Source: Nitrososphaeria archaeon (GTDB lineage Archaea; Thermoproteota; Nitrososphaeria; JACIWG01). From it: a stretch of 64,000 bases of DNA. Shown here piece after piece: positions 20,902-30,099 of this stretch. The notes under the pieces were generated by a model. The model made no database searches. It was not told the DNA's origin and saw only the letters and a program-made list of their open reading frames with translations. Numbering within the stretch: the stretch's first letter is position 1; every line of letters starts with the position of its first letter. The stretch spans positions 384,001 to 448,000 of the forward strand of contig CAVVXT010000019.1 in NCBI GenBank assembly GCA_963752255.1. The letters run 5' to 3'. The translations under genes and the position numbers were made by a program.

Positions 20902-21849
20902 TCAGAGATGTATACGTGCAAACTTCTGTACAGTTCTAGAACCGCGATTAATCTTCGCATAACTCATTGATACTTCACCAACATATAGGTCGCCTCTTGA
21001 ATCAACAGCAATTGCGTGAGGAGCAACAAATAATGGGTTTTTCACATCGTGACCTTCGTTTCCCCAGCGCGTTAATAACTTTCCATCTATCGTGAAAATG
21101 GAGACACGCCTGCACAGCTCGGACACATAGACGACATCATCACCAACTATAGATAAGTCGGTTGGACGAATCAAATTTATCCACTGGGTCAAAAATTCAC
21201 CTTTATCATTAAAGACTTGGATTCGACTATTTTCACGATCTGGGATCCATACCTGATCATGGACATCCACCCGAATCGAATGTGGAAGTCGGAACTGGCC
21301 TGGCCCTGCTCCCGGTTCACCCCATGAGAACAATAACTCACCGTCTGGGCTGAACTTATGTACTCGCGCATTACCATAGCCATCAGAAACATAGATATTC
21401 CCTGATGAGGAGAGTGCCACTCCTGTTGGGCGGTTGAAAGGTGGTCCACCTCGTGTAATAGAGGCTATACTCTCAAAAAGATCAGACATTTGTATATAAC
21501 CGGTGTCTGAAGGTTTATCCTTCGTTCCTAGTTTCATTAGAACGTTACCCTCAGTATCAAATTTTGTAACGGTATGGTTTTTATCGTCGGTGCAGTAGAC
21601 TGCACCGTCTGGACCAATACAGATGCCATGAGCTCTGTTAAAGTACCCTTCTCCCCACGATGAGATCAAATCTCCATCACGGTTGAAGATCATCATTGGG
21701 TATTTGCCGCGGTTGAGAATGTAAACCTGGTCTTGACGGTCAATGGCTATACCGCAGACATCAAGGAAAGACTCTCCATCATGAAGTTTAGCCCATCCGT
21801 CAACTAGTTCAAATGAATATTTCTCATTACCGGATATCACTTTTGACAA
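20902..21849 (-). CDS. NHL-repeat beta-propeller (peptidyl-alpha-hydroxyglycine alpha-amidating lyase-like)
   Basis: AHGICI, FNRPTGVA, SDGYGNARVHKF, PGQFRLPH, DRENSRIQVF. Confidence 0.9.
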   Translation of the reverse strand: MSKVISGNEKYSFELVDGWAKLHDGESFLDVCGIAIDRQDQVYILNRGKYPMMIFNRDGDLISSWGEGYFNRAHGICIGPDGAVYCTDDKNHTVTKFDTEGNVLMKLGTKDKPSDTGYIQMSDLFESIASITRGGPPFNRPTGVALSSSGNIYVSDGYGNARVHKFSPDGELLFSWGEPGAGPGQFRLPHSIRVDVHDQVWIPDRENSRIQVFNDKGEFLTQWINLIRPTDLSIVGDDVVYVSELCRRVSIFTIDGKLLTRWGNEGHDVKNPLFVAPHAIAVDSRGDLYVGEVSMSYAKINRGSRTVQKFARIHL

Positions 21850-22107
21850 CTCCTCTATGGAATATTATTGTAACTCAATTTAAATATTTAGTCATGAACT
21901 TCTAAGATCTTGTCCACGTTCTCTAATCCCAGCCTCTTTAGAGTTTCAGATGTTGGTACTCCATTTTCAATCCTTATGGTAATTTATTTCTATCTTACTG
22001 AATTCTTAAAAGCACTGATATTAACTGACAAGAGAACTAAAATGAACGTACAAATTATAGGAAAGACTACATAAATCCTTTACTCAAAAGCCCAGCCAAG
22101 AGAGAGA

Positions 22108-22344
22108 GTGAGAGAAAGTTCGCTAGGTCCGCCCGGGACACCTTCGGCGGAGACAAGATATGTCAAGTACAATAGAAGGATCCTGCCTAAAGCGGTTGCT
22201 TTGACAGCATTAGGCCAGAAGGGTAAAGTGGACGCTCCGCATAGGGATGGCAAGGTTGAAAGGAGAAAACATCTCTGGCAGAAGCTTCAGGATGCCAAGA
22301 AGACACTTGTGCGATTGGGCAAAGAAATCGTAGCGGTGGTCTAG
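22108..22344 (+). CDS. small basic hypothetical protein
   Basis: 78-aa ORF convergent with 22456-23247; no motif recognised. Confidence 0.35.
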   Translation: MRESSLGPPGTPSAETRYVKYNRRILPKAVALTALGQKGKVDAPHRDGKVERRKHLWQKLQDAKKTLVRLGKEIVAVV

Positions 22345-22455
22345 TTGAACTATGCTCTACTTCCTGATATTTTTTGTTGATACAAATCATCCGTATTTGA
22401 TGGGATTCACAGTCTCCCTTCTTTTCCTCGGACAAGTCCAAGAAAATTAAAATCC

Positions 22456-23247
22456 TTATTCTATACGGAAAAAAGATTTTATCAGATCGATATCGCTGTC
22501 CTTCAACAACTCTTTTTCCTTCGCCCATAATAGGGAGTCTGAAGATACAGCTACAGGCTCCATTTCCTCAAAGATTCTGGATGTCTGATAGAATCCAGCA
22601 TACTTTTCAGGCGTTCTTCTCAGAAAATCTGACAGGGTTGTAGAAAATTTCTGACTAGCATCATACATCGCCTCCTTTATTCTCCCCTTAAACTTCGACA
22701 CAACCGAGAAAGCATGGGAATCAAAATAGGACAGATATGTCTGAGATTCAAGGTACGCCCCCTTCAGTTCGTCGTTGTCTCTCCCTTCCTCGATCACCCT
22801 CCAGAGCGTCGTTATCTTAACGATACCAGCCAGAAAGTACGCATAAAGCATATTGAACGAATCATTCACCTCACCGTCGAGGTTGGTGAGGCTGAACACA
22901 GCCTTTATTTGGCGTTCTTGCTCAAATTTTTGCAGAAGATCTATTAGAATAGGCCGTTTAGGCACCAAAATCGAAAACTCTTTATTTTCCCACCTTTTAT
23001 GATAGTTTCTAAGCGCTAAGCTGAAAGCTTTCTTCGAGCATTCACTTGAACAGTATTTCTTATGTTTGCGGGCGAAAACTTTGGTTTCACCGCAGATAGG
23101 GCACTTTTTAGGCATCTTTTCCGCTAACCTTTTTTTCCTATACAAGTCGTGGAAACGAACTTTATTTCTACGATAGTAGTCTTTCATATAGTTTCTATGC
23201 TTTTCTCTCCTAAGCTCATCTTTGTCGCTGGAAGCCATATTTCTCAC
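22456..23247 (-). CDS. hypothetical protein with basic N-terminus and C4 zinc finger
   Basis: REKHRNYMKDYYRRNK, CPICG-x10-CSSEC; start may be 23238. Confidence 0.7.
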   Translation of the reverse strand: MRNMASSDKDELRREKHRNYMKDYYRRNKVRFHDLYRKKRLAEKMPKKCPICGETKVFARKHKKYCSSECSKKAFSLALRNYHKRWENKEFSILVPKRPILIDLLQKFEQERQIKAVFSLTNLDGEVNDSFNMLYAYFLAGIVKITTLWRVIEEGRDNDELKGAYLESQTYLSYFDSHAFSVVSKFKGRIKEAMYDASQKFSTTLSDFLRRTPEKYAGFYQTSRIFEEMEPVAVSSDSLLWAKEKELLKDSDIDLIKSFFRIE

Positions 23248-23381
23248 CTATGAAATTGCTATGTTATATAAACATAGCGATTACTAGTCCCTTTGGGCGT
23301 GGGACTTCGCTCAGCTGTAGATTATTGCGTGCAGACATCACACATTCAGATTTTTTAAAAAATTCTCGGTAACTTGAATTA

Positions 23382-23399
23382 TGGGCCTGAAGGGATTCG
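23382..23399 (-). other. tRNA 3'-end remnant (possible att site)
   Basis: minus strand CGAATCCCTTCAGGCCCA = partial T-loop, T-stem, 7-nt acceptor strand and discriminator; no 5' half. Confidence 0.5.
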
Positions 23400-23576
23400 C
23401 ACGGATGTAGTGACAGCGGAACAGATTACGTAGAGAAGATAATATCTAAAAATGTAACGCTTAAGCATAAATTTAATTAGGTATCTGCACTTAATTAGGG
23501 TCAGAAACTACCGGGCCCGTCCAGCTTAACCATTAATTAGTCATCAGAAGGTATAAAAGCAATTTCACTGTTTCTG

Positions 23577-24443
23577 ATGGTGTTGAACTTCGAACAAAGG
23601 AAACTCTCTGACTCTATCATCGTCTTCGACGGTAATTATCCGGGAGGAGGGAACGTGACCTCCACCGTGGTTCACTCAGGGAATCACGCCTTTGTCTTCG
23701 ATTCGCTCCTCTTCCCGGAAGATACGCTCATGCTGCTGCGCAGCCTCAAGGACCTGAATCTTAATCCCGAAGGTCTGGTCAACACGCATTGGCATTTGGA
23801 TCACACCGCTGGGAACCAGCTTTTTCTCGAGACTAGACGGATAATCTCACACAGTATGTGTAACGATTTGATGCATACGGACCTTCCCCCTCAGATCAAT
23901 TGGCTGAACAAGGGGCTGAAAGAAGAAAGGAGAGTTAGGGCCACGTACCCTAACGAAGCGATTTCGGATGGGTCTGTCTTAGCCGTTGGAGACCAGGAGA
24001 TAAAGTTCTTGCACACGCCAGGACACACGCCCGACTCGATCATCGCTTGGCTGGAAGATGAGCATGTGATCATTGCCGGCGATACTGTGATGGAACTCCC
24101 CTACATATGGTACGGCGAGAGTCAAGCGCTGATCGAGTCCCTGAAGAGAGTTCAGTCGATTGTTAGAGGAGACAGGATAGTTCAGGGGCACGGAGGAATC
24201 TGTGGACGAGAAAAACTGGGTGGCGACATAAGCTACATCGAAAATGTGAGAAAGCTTGTAGCCGAATACCTCGAGTCAGGGAAGACGGCCAAAGAAGCAG
24301 CAGCAGGAATCAAGCTAGCAGATTGTGTCAGCATGGAGAGAATTCAAAGCACACTCAAACTCTACGAGAAGTTCCATCCGGAAAACGTGGAGCGGATTTA
24401 TGCTGAATTAGGCAAGAAGCTGACCAAGGAAATTCATTCTTAG
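23577..24443 (+). CDS. metallo-beta-lactamase-fold hydrolase
   Basis: THWHLDH, PGHT, AGD, GHG. Confidence 0.9.
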   Translation: MVLNFEQRKLSDSIIVFDGNYPGGGNVTSTVVHSGNHAFVFDSLLFPEDTLMLLRSLKDLNLNPEGLVNTHWHLDHTAGNQLFLETRRIISHSMCNDLMHTDLPPQINWLNKGLKEERRVRATYPNEAISDGSVLAVGDQEIKFLHTPGHTPDSIIAWLEDEHVIIAGDTVMELPYIWYGESQALIESLKRVQSIVRGDRIVQGHGGICGREKLGGDISYIENVRKLVAEYLESGKTAKEAAAGIKLADCVSMERIQSTLKLYEKFHPENVERIYAELGKKLTKEIHS

Positions 24444-24455
24444 GACCCATTCAGG

Positions 24456-24479
24456 GGCGGACCCCACCGAACTTGAACC
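24456..24479 (-). other. degenerate tRNA 3'-end remnant (Arg-like acceptor)
   Basis: minus strand GG-TTCAAGT-TCGGT-GGGGTCC-G-CC fits the spacing of tRNA positions 52-75. Confidence 0.4.
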
Positions 24480-24825
24480 TAATTTCACTTTTAATAATTT
24501 ACCAGTAGATTAATGCTGAAATCCCACCCCCTGCACCTTCGATCAGACTTTCGCCCAGAGCCAGCCCATTTTTATTATACATATGATATTAGAAATAAAT
24601 TATTTGGATAGGCATTCTTTCTTCCTTAAGAAGAATAGTGTATCTCAAACGAATTCCGCAGTCGCTTCTGGACACGTTTAGACTGATGGGAAGTTTCTGT
24701 CTGATTTTTTTGTTCTTTCTGATGTCTTAAATTATCATATTTTTATGAGGGATTCAAGTGTTGTCATACGCATAAACTTTACATAATATTAGCTTTATAT
24801 CTTCAAGATAATATTAGTAATATAG

Positions 24826-25707
24826 ATGCTAAACTTCTATATACTAGATGTTTTTGCTGTAACGAAGTACTCAGGCAACCAATTGGCAGTTGTTATTAGT
24901 TCAAAAGCGCTTAATGGTACTGAAATGCAGAAAATTGCCCAGGAAATGCATTATTCTGAGACGACATTTATATTTTCAAGTAGAAAAAAAGATGCCGGAT
25001 ATAATGTTCGTATCTTTACCCCAGAAAAGGAGGTTCCCTTTGCGGGCCACCCGACTCTTGGTATAGCCTACGTGATAAGACAAGAAATTATTAAATCGGA
25101 TGTAAACAACATTATCTTAAATTTGAAAGCGGGAAAAATTACTGTGACATTTGGTCAGCTGAGTCATGAAAAAGATATTCTTTGGATGAAACAACAACAA
25201 CCTACATTTGGGCGTATCTTAGAGGCAGAATCTTTGTCAGAAGTTTTATCCATTAATAAGGCTGATTTAGATGATAGGTTTCCTATCCAAGAAGTTTCCA
25301 CTGGCCTTCCTTCAATAATAGTTCCATTAAGATCTTTGGATGCTTTAAAAAGAGCTAAAATTGATATGCAGAAATACTTCGATTTGATAGCAAATTTATC
25401 GGCAAAAGGTATACTAATTTTTTGTTCAGAAACCCGCAAGAAGAAAAATAATCTTAGTGCACGATTTTTTGCTGATTATTATGGCGTACATGAGGATCCG
25501 GCTACCGGTAGTGCAAATGGCTGTCTAGCTGGATATTTAGTTAAATACAAATATTTTAGTAAAGATCGGATAAATATCCGAGTGGAACAAGGTTATGAAA
25601 TAGGAAGGCCTTCTCTGCTTCTCATTAAAGCTGAAGATAAAAAAAAGTGGATAGACGTTAATGTTGGCGGCAAAGTAATCATGATAGCAAAAGGAAAACT
25701 TATCTGA
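24826..25707 (+). CDS. PhzF-family isomerase/epimerase
   Basis: DVF...GNQLAV, SETTF, RIFTP.KEVPFAGHPT, EDPATGSA. Confidence 0.92.
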   Translation: MLNFYILDVFAVTKYSGNQLAVVISSKALNGTEMQKIAQEMHYSETTFIFSSRKKDAGYNVRIFTPEKEVPFAGHPTLGIAYVIRQEIIKSDVNNIILNLKAGKITVTFGQLSHEKDILWMKQQQPTFGRILEAESLSEVLSINKADLDDRFPIQEVSTGLPSIIVPLRSLDALKRAKIDMQKYFDLIANLSAKGILIFCSETRKKKNNLSARFFADYYGVHEDPATGSANGCLAGYLVKYKYFSKDRINIRVEQGYEIGRPSLLLIKAEDKKKWIDVNVGGKVIMIAKGKLI

Positions 25708-25892
25708 TACCCAGTATCGACTTTAATACTTTGATTTCTCTTATCGAAGATCAGGCTTATGATCGAAGGGAAAAAGCAGTTAAAGCATTGACTAGAATCA
25801 TCAATCTAAATTGAATATTTTCTCAATAAGCTTAAAGGAGTCCATGAAGCAAACTCCTTATCCGCAAAGCTTTACTCTATTTTAGTCCTCTT

Positions 25893-26306
25893 ATGAAATA
25901 TCTTTTCGCTCCCGTGGATAAAGGAAAAGAGGTCGCTGGAAAGAAACCTCTGACCATAATAACAGATGGACTACGAGCATACCAAGACGCATGCACGAAA
26001 GAGTTCTACACCAAACATAACCCAAGAACCAAACACATCAGAGACATTCAATTAGCTGGAGAAGTTCACAACAATAAGATGGAGAGGATGAACGGTGAAA
26101 TCTGAGATAGAGAGAAGGTTATGAGAGGGTTAAAGAAAGAGGACACGCCGATTCTTAAAGGCTATCAGATATACCATAACTATGTTAGACCACACGAAGC
26201 GTTAGATGGACAAACTCCCGCTGATAAATGTGGAATCAAAGTCGAGGGAGAAAACAAGTGGATAACGTTAATCCAGAACGCAAGGCAAAGCATAAATCTA
26301 AAGTGA
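25893..26306 (+). pseudogene. IS6-like DDE transposase, C-terminal remnant with an in-frame stop
   Basis: ITDGL, NNKMERMNGEI*DREKVMRGLK, YHNYVRPHEAL.GQTPA; TGA at 26103-26105; 5' half missing. Confidence 0.85.
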
Positions 26307-26312
26307 ATCTAA

Positions 26313-27680
26313 TTGGAAGGTGTGAGTTTCCAAACTAATACCATCTATTGTGGTGATTGTAAGGAAGTTCTAAAACACTTCCCTGAAAATTGCGTTGACC
26401 TTATCTACCTTGACCCACCTTTTTTCTCAAATCAAGAATATGAAGTCATTTGGAAAGATGGATATGAAATTCGAGCTTTTGAAGACCGTTGGAAAGGAGG
26501 AATACAAAACTATATTGCTTGGATAGAACCAAAACTCCGAGAATGCCATAGAGTTCTTAAAAACACAGGGTCAATTTATCTCCATTGTGACTGGCATGCG
26601 GGACACCACTTAAAAATACTTATGGATCATATTTTTGGAGAAAATCGACTTATAAATGACATTATTTGGAAACGAACAGCTGCTCATAGTGGAGAAGGTA
26701 TTACTAAGAAGTATGGGACAGTTCACGATAATATCATGTTTTACGCTAAAACCGACCAATACACGTTTATTCCCCAATATATGCCATACAGCAAGGAATA
26801 TCTTGAAAATTTCTATAACCATGAGAATGCAGATGGAAGACGATGGCTATCAAGAGACCTAACAGCCGCAGGGGTTAGACATGGTGATTCTGGCAAACCA
26901 TGGAAAGGGATTGATGTGACATCTAAAGGGGTTCATTGGAAATTTAGGGTTCAAAAACTTGACGAACTTGAGAAGATAGGTAGAATCTACTTTCCAAAAA
27001 AAGTTGGAGGTATGCCAAGATATAAACAGTATCTGGACGAGTCAAAAGGTGTGTTATTACAAGATGTATGGGCTGATATTCCAGTTATTTCATCGCATGC
27101 AAAAGAACGTTTGGGTTATCCTACACAGAAACCTGAAATGCTTCTTGAACGAATTATAAAAACTTCATCAAATCCAACGGATATTGTTCTTGATCCTTTT
27201 TGTGGTTGTGGAACAGCCATCGCAGTTGCTCATAAATTAGGTAGGAGATGGATAGGGATTGATATTTCTCCTACTGCATGTAAGTTGATGGCTAAGAGGT
27301 TACGTTTATTGAGAGCAACATTTTCCGAGATTGGATTACCAACAACTGTTGAAGAATTAAAACAACTTCAACCTTTTGATTTTCAGAATTGGGTTATGGA
27401 AAAGTTGTATGGGAGAGTTAATCCAAGAAAGGTTGGGGACATGGGAATAGACGGGTATTTTATAGACGGCTCTCCAATCCAAGTCAAACAATCTGAAGAT
27501 ATAGGAAGAAACGTTATTGATAATTTTGAGACCGCTATGCAGAGAATTGGAAAGAACAAGGGCGTGATAGTTGCTTTCAGCTTTGGGAAGGGAGCTTACG
27601 AGGAAGTGGCAAGAGCTAAGAATGAACAGAACTTGGAAATAACTTTAAAAACGGTTGAAGAAATCCTTAAAGAAACTTAG
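26313..27680 (+). CDS. N6/N4 DNA methyltransferase (beta-type order) fused to a C-terminal Mrr-like PD-(D/E)xK endonuclease domain
   Basis: LIYLDPPF, YPTQKPE.LL.RII, VLDPFCGCGT; C-terminal FQNWV...GDMGIDG...IQVKQ...GVIVAFSF. Confidence 0.88.
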   Translation: MEGVSFQTNTIYCGDCKEVLKHFPENCVDLIYLDPPFFSNQEYEVIWKDGYEIRAFEDRWKGGIQNYIAWIEPKLRECHRVLKNTGSIYLHCDWHAGHHLKILMDHIFGENRLINDIIWKRTAAHSGEGITKKYGTVHDNIMFYAKTDQYTFIPQYMPYSKEYLENFYNHENADGRRWLSRDLTAAGVRHGDSGKPWKGIDVTSKGVHWKFRVQKLDELEKIGRIYFPKKVGGMPRYKQYLDESKGVLLQDVWADIPVISSHAKERLGYPTQKPEMLLERIIKTSSNPTDIVLDPFCGCGTAIAVAHKLGRRWIGIDISPTACKLMAKRLRLLRATFSEIGLPTTVEELKQLQPFDFQNWVMEKLYGRVNPRKVGDMGIDGYFIDGSPIQVKQSEDIGRNVIDNFETAMQRIGKNKGVIVAFSFGKGAYEEVARAKNEQNLEITLKTVEEILKET

Positions 27681-27729
27681 CCGTGCAAAAGAGTTAACAA
27701 AATCTTTATGCGGTTATAGACACACCATC

Positions 27730-27777
27730 AACCGAAAGGTAACACCAACATCAGTCAACCGCAGAGGTAACAGAACC
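27730..27777 (-). repeat. IS6-type right end with subterminal repeats
   Basis: ends GTAACAGAACC; 27730-27775 matches 28959-29004 inverted at 45/46 nt; contains CAACCG..AGGTAACA twice. Confidence 0.75.
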
Positions 27778-27952
27778 CTCATTGGTTGGAAATTAGAGTA
27801 GGAGTGAAATAATTTTAAAGAATTATAGTACAGTTAAAAACATAAAAACTCTAGAAAAAAATTTGATACAAAATAAATACTTCATTTTCTCATAGAGACC
27901 ATCCTATGTAAATAATTAACTTATTCACCATTCCTTCCAAGATCTTTTAAAG

Positions 27953-27964
27953 GGCTCTGTCAAG
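27953..27964 (+). repeat. possible IS6-type end of a different element
   Basis: GGCTCTGTCAAG; no partner found in the window. Confidence 0.35.
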
Positions 27965-28029
27965 TCTCCGTTTGGTTAATCTCTCTTTAAAAAATCGTTT
28001 GGTAAATATTTTTCTGAATTTTATGGGGT

Positions 28030-28353
28030 TCATTTATTTGCTTTGAATGTTCGAAGGAGTGCCAACACTAATAGAATAGCACCAAAGACTAAGAACATGA
28101 ATGCAAAAAATATTTTTTCTGAAATTGAATAAGCTCCTAAAATTAGGAATAAATTTGCTGAAAGAATAAGGAGTGTAATGCCAAGCGTAAAGAGAAAATC
28201 GTTGTGCGTATTAGAGTTCACCCCATTAAGCTTACATTCAATTTGATTCAATTTTTCTATTTTATTAGTATCCATTTGATTCAATTTAATATCAATTTTT
28301 TCCAACTTATCTAATATTATAGCTGATTCCTCTTTCTTTTCGTCATTGCTCAT
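28030..28353 (-). CDS. small two-TM hypothetical protein with N-terminal coiled coil
   Basis: LDKLEKIDIKLNQ repeats then two hydrophobic helices; own TATA box; very AT-rich. Confidence 0.6.
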   Translation of the reverse strand: MSNDEKKEESAIILDKLEKIDIKLNQMDTNKIEKLNQIECKLNGVNSNTHNDFLFTLGITLLILSANLFLILGAYSISEKIFFAFMFLVFGAILLVLALLRTFKANK

Positions 28354-28380
28354 ACTTTTGTGTAATAAGAAAAGTTCGAT

Positions 28381-28420
28381 ATAAATTTTAGTGTGAGAGT
28401 TAAGCCTTCAGTATGCGATC
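28381..28420. repeat. direct repeat copy 1 of a promoter-containing element
   Basis: ATAAATTTTAGTGTGAGAGTTAAGCCTTCAGTATGCGAT; shares GAGTTAAGCCTTCA with 28891-28930. Confidence 0.6.
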
Positions 28421-28457
28421 TATCACATATCGGAAAGTTCATCATAAAGATAAAGTT

Positions 28458-28868
28458 CTACTTGTTGTCAGAATACCATTTTAGGTTTTTCCCCATTTTA
28501 GTTAACTTAGGAATTTCCTTTCCCTGCCTTACAGCCTCTAACATTATTCCTATTTTATTGACCTTGTCGTGGTAAGACCTATTCACCAACGAAAGAAAAA
28601 AAATAGTTAAAATTAAGATTACAATGATTAATCCGGAAAATGGCTCGATGTTTACAATGATTAATCCGAAAAATGTAGAATGGACAAATGTTTGAATATT
28701 TGAACTGTATAACATAAAATCAATAATTAGGAATGTAAAAAAGAAAGTTAAGATATATGAAATAAAATTTAGTCTATCTGTGTGAACCTGTTCAGAAAAG
28801 ACCTCTATCGCAGCTAAATTGACTTCTTTATCTGGGGGTTTAACCTCTTTTTTTTCCAAATTTATCAA
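28458..28868 (-). CDS. small two-TM hypothetical protein
   Basis: two hydrophobic helices, basic C-terminus; TTG start; very AT-rich. Confidence 0.6.
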   Translation of the reverse strand: MINLEKKEVKPPDKEVNLAAIEVFSEQVHTDRLNFISYILTFFFTFLIIDFMLYSSNIQTFVHSTFFGLIIVNIEPFSGLIIVILILTIFFLSLVNRSYHDKVNKIGIMLEAVRQGKEIPKLTKMGKNLKWYSDNK

Positions 28869-28890
28869 ATATTAATTAATAAGCCATAAT

Positions 28891-28930
28891 ATAAAATTTT
28901 TGTGCGTGAGTTAAGCCTTCAATACGATTT
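28891..28930. repeat. direct repeat copy 2 of the promoter-containing element
   Basis: ATAAAATTTTTGTGCGTGAGTTAAGCCTTCAATACGAT. Confidence 0.6.
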
Positions 28931-28956
28931 CAAAAAGTTCTATTTGATAAATAAAT

Positions 28957-29004
28957 GCTTCTGTTAACTCTGCGGTTGACTGATGTTGGTGTTACCTTTC
29001 GGTT
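28957..29004 (+). repeat. second, degenerate copy of the IS6-type end, facing right
   Basis: GCTTCTGTTAACTCTGCGGTTGACTGATGTTGGTGTTACCTTTCGGTT. Confidence 0.75.
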
Positions 29005-29723
29005 ACCGCAAACAGCACATCCGATCTTTTTATACCACCAAATAAAGCAAATATGCCATATTTATAAAAACAATCTACATCCTTAAAGCCAATCTTGGTT
29101 AATAGTTGCAGTTGGTCGAAAAGATTACTTGGCTTGTTCTCCGATTTCATTTTATAATTTGTTGGTATAGCATTGATCTCTGCCACGCTTAATGACTTTA
29201 GAAGAAGATCTTCCTTTAAGCCATTCTCTTGTAAATACTCCTTAATCCAGTCTGTCCACATATTGAATTGCCACTGTTCACTGCGTTCTGAGCTAGGCAA
29301 GACAGGGTCGAAATTAAGAAAAAGACCATCAAACTTCAATTCACTAAATATTTTTGCGTACATCTGAGATTTACCTAGGAAATCTAGATGGTGTATTGCG
29401 TTTGCTGAATAGACAAAATCGTACAGTGCATCATTTGCAGGTGAGGTGATATAGTCCTCGAATGATTGGTGTCTATAGTGAACGTTTGCTCCATAAAAAT
29501 TCTGTTTTGCCTTCTCCAGCATCAATACTGAACCATCCATTAGGTGAAATTCATTTTTGGGGTAGTTGCTTGCGATACGCTTAGATAACACGCCATTACC
29601 GCAGCCGAGGTCCAGCAGAACAAGGTTTTCTTTGCTATCGAAATATAAAACAAATATAATTTTCCGATTAAAGAAGAAAAACGAAATAGTTTGGAAAAAA
29701 CCTAGGTTACTCTTTTCTTTCAT
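28992..29723 (-). CDS. class I SAM-dependent methyltransferase (CmoA-like); N-terminus looks replaced; stop codon lies inside the IS end
   Basis: LLDLGCGNG, DGSVLML, SANAIHHL, GFKDVDCFYKYG. Confidence 0.75.
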   Translation of the reverse strand: MKEKSNLGFFQTISFFFFNRKIIFVLYFDSKENLVLLDLGCGNGVLSKRIASNYPKNEFHLMDGSVLMLEKAKQNFYGANVHYRHQSFEDYITSPANDALYDFVYSANAIHHLDFLGKSQMYAKIFSELKFDGLFLNFDPVLPSSERSEQWQFNMWTDWIKEYLQENGLKEDLLLKSLSVAEINAIPTNYKMKSENKPSNLFDQLQLLTKIGFKDVDCFYKYGIFALFGGIKRSDVLFAVTER

Positions 29724-29925
29724 CGACAGGAAGGTTGTTTATGAGAGACTTAGGCGTGGAGAGTGAAGCTAGGACATACAGGGAATTTAACCGCAGGGTT
29801 TTTAAGCTCGGCCGGAGCATTTTTTACTGGTAAATATCTTATTTGTTTCTTTTATATAGTCTTGGCAGGCACATATGCAACTTTATTGAACAAAAGAATA
29901 ATGGTTTCTGAATCTTTAGACCGTG

Positions 29926-30099
29926 CCGGCTCAAACAAAAAAATATCCGCTCAAACAGCGCAAACGTCTTAGAAACTGGCCCGGACAAAAGCCCCAGAGC
30001 ATAATCCACTACCGTACAGCTCTCATGCAGGACGGTACTCCGTCGAGCCAACAAAAAGAGTTTGCGCAGACAGTTTAGCCAATTTACCGTTTGAGCCGG
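29926..30099 (-). other. nested inverted-repeat element (candidate structured RNA or foldback DNA)
   Basis: CCGGCTCAAAC/GTTTGAGCCGG, GCGCAAAC/GTTTGCGC, TGGCTCG/CGGGCCA (G.U on the minus strand) and ACCGT/ACGGT nested in order. Confidence 0.45.

Noticed and set aside
23498-23523. Third tRNA 3' remnant (GGTCAGAAACTACCGGGCCCGTCCA)
   Set aside because: The T-loop is too degenerate to separate from chance
26103-26105. Selenocysteine or readthrough in the transposase
   Set aside because: The position fits an Arg codon mutated to TGA, and the gene lacks its 5' half anyway
28354-28956. Integron attC sites
   Set aside because: GCTTAAC fits RYYYAAC but no paired GTTRRRY or L boxes follow, and there is no integrase in the window; kept only as cassette-like
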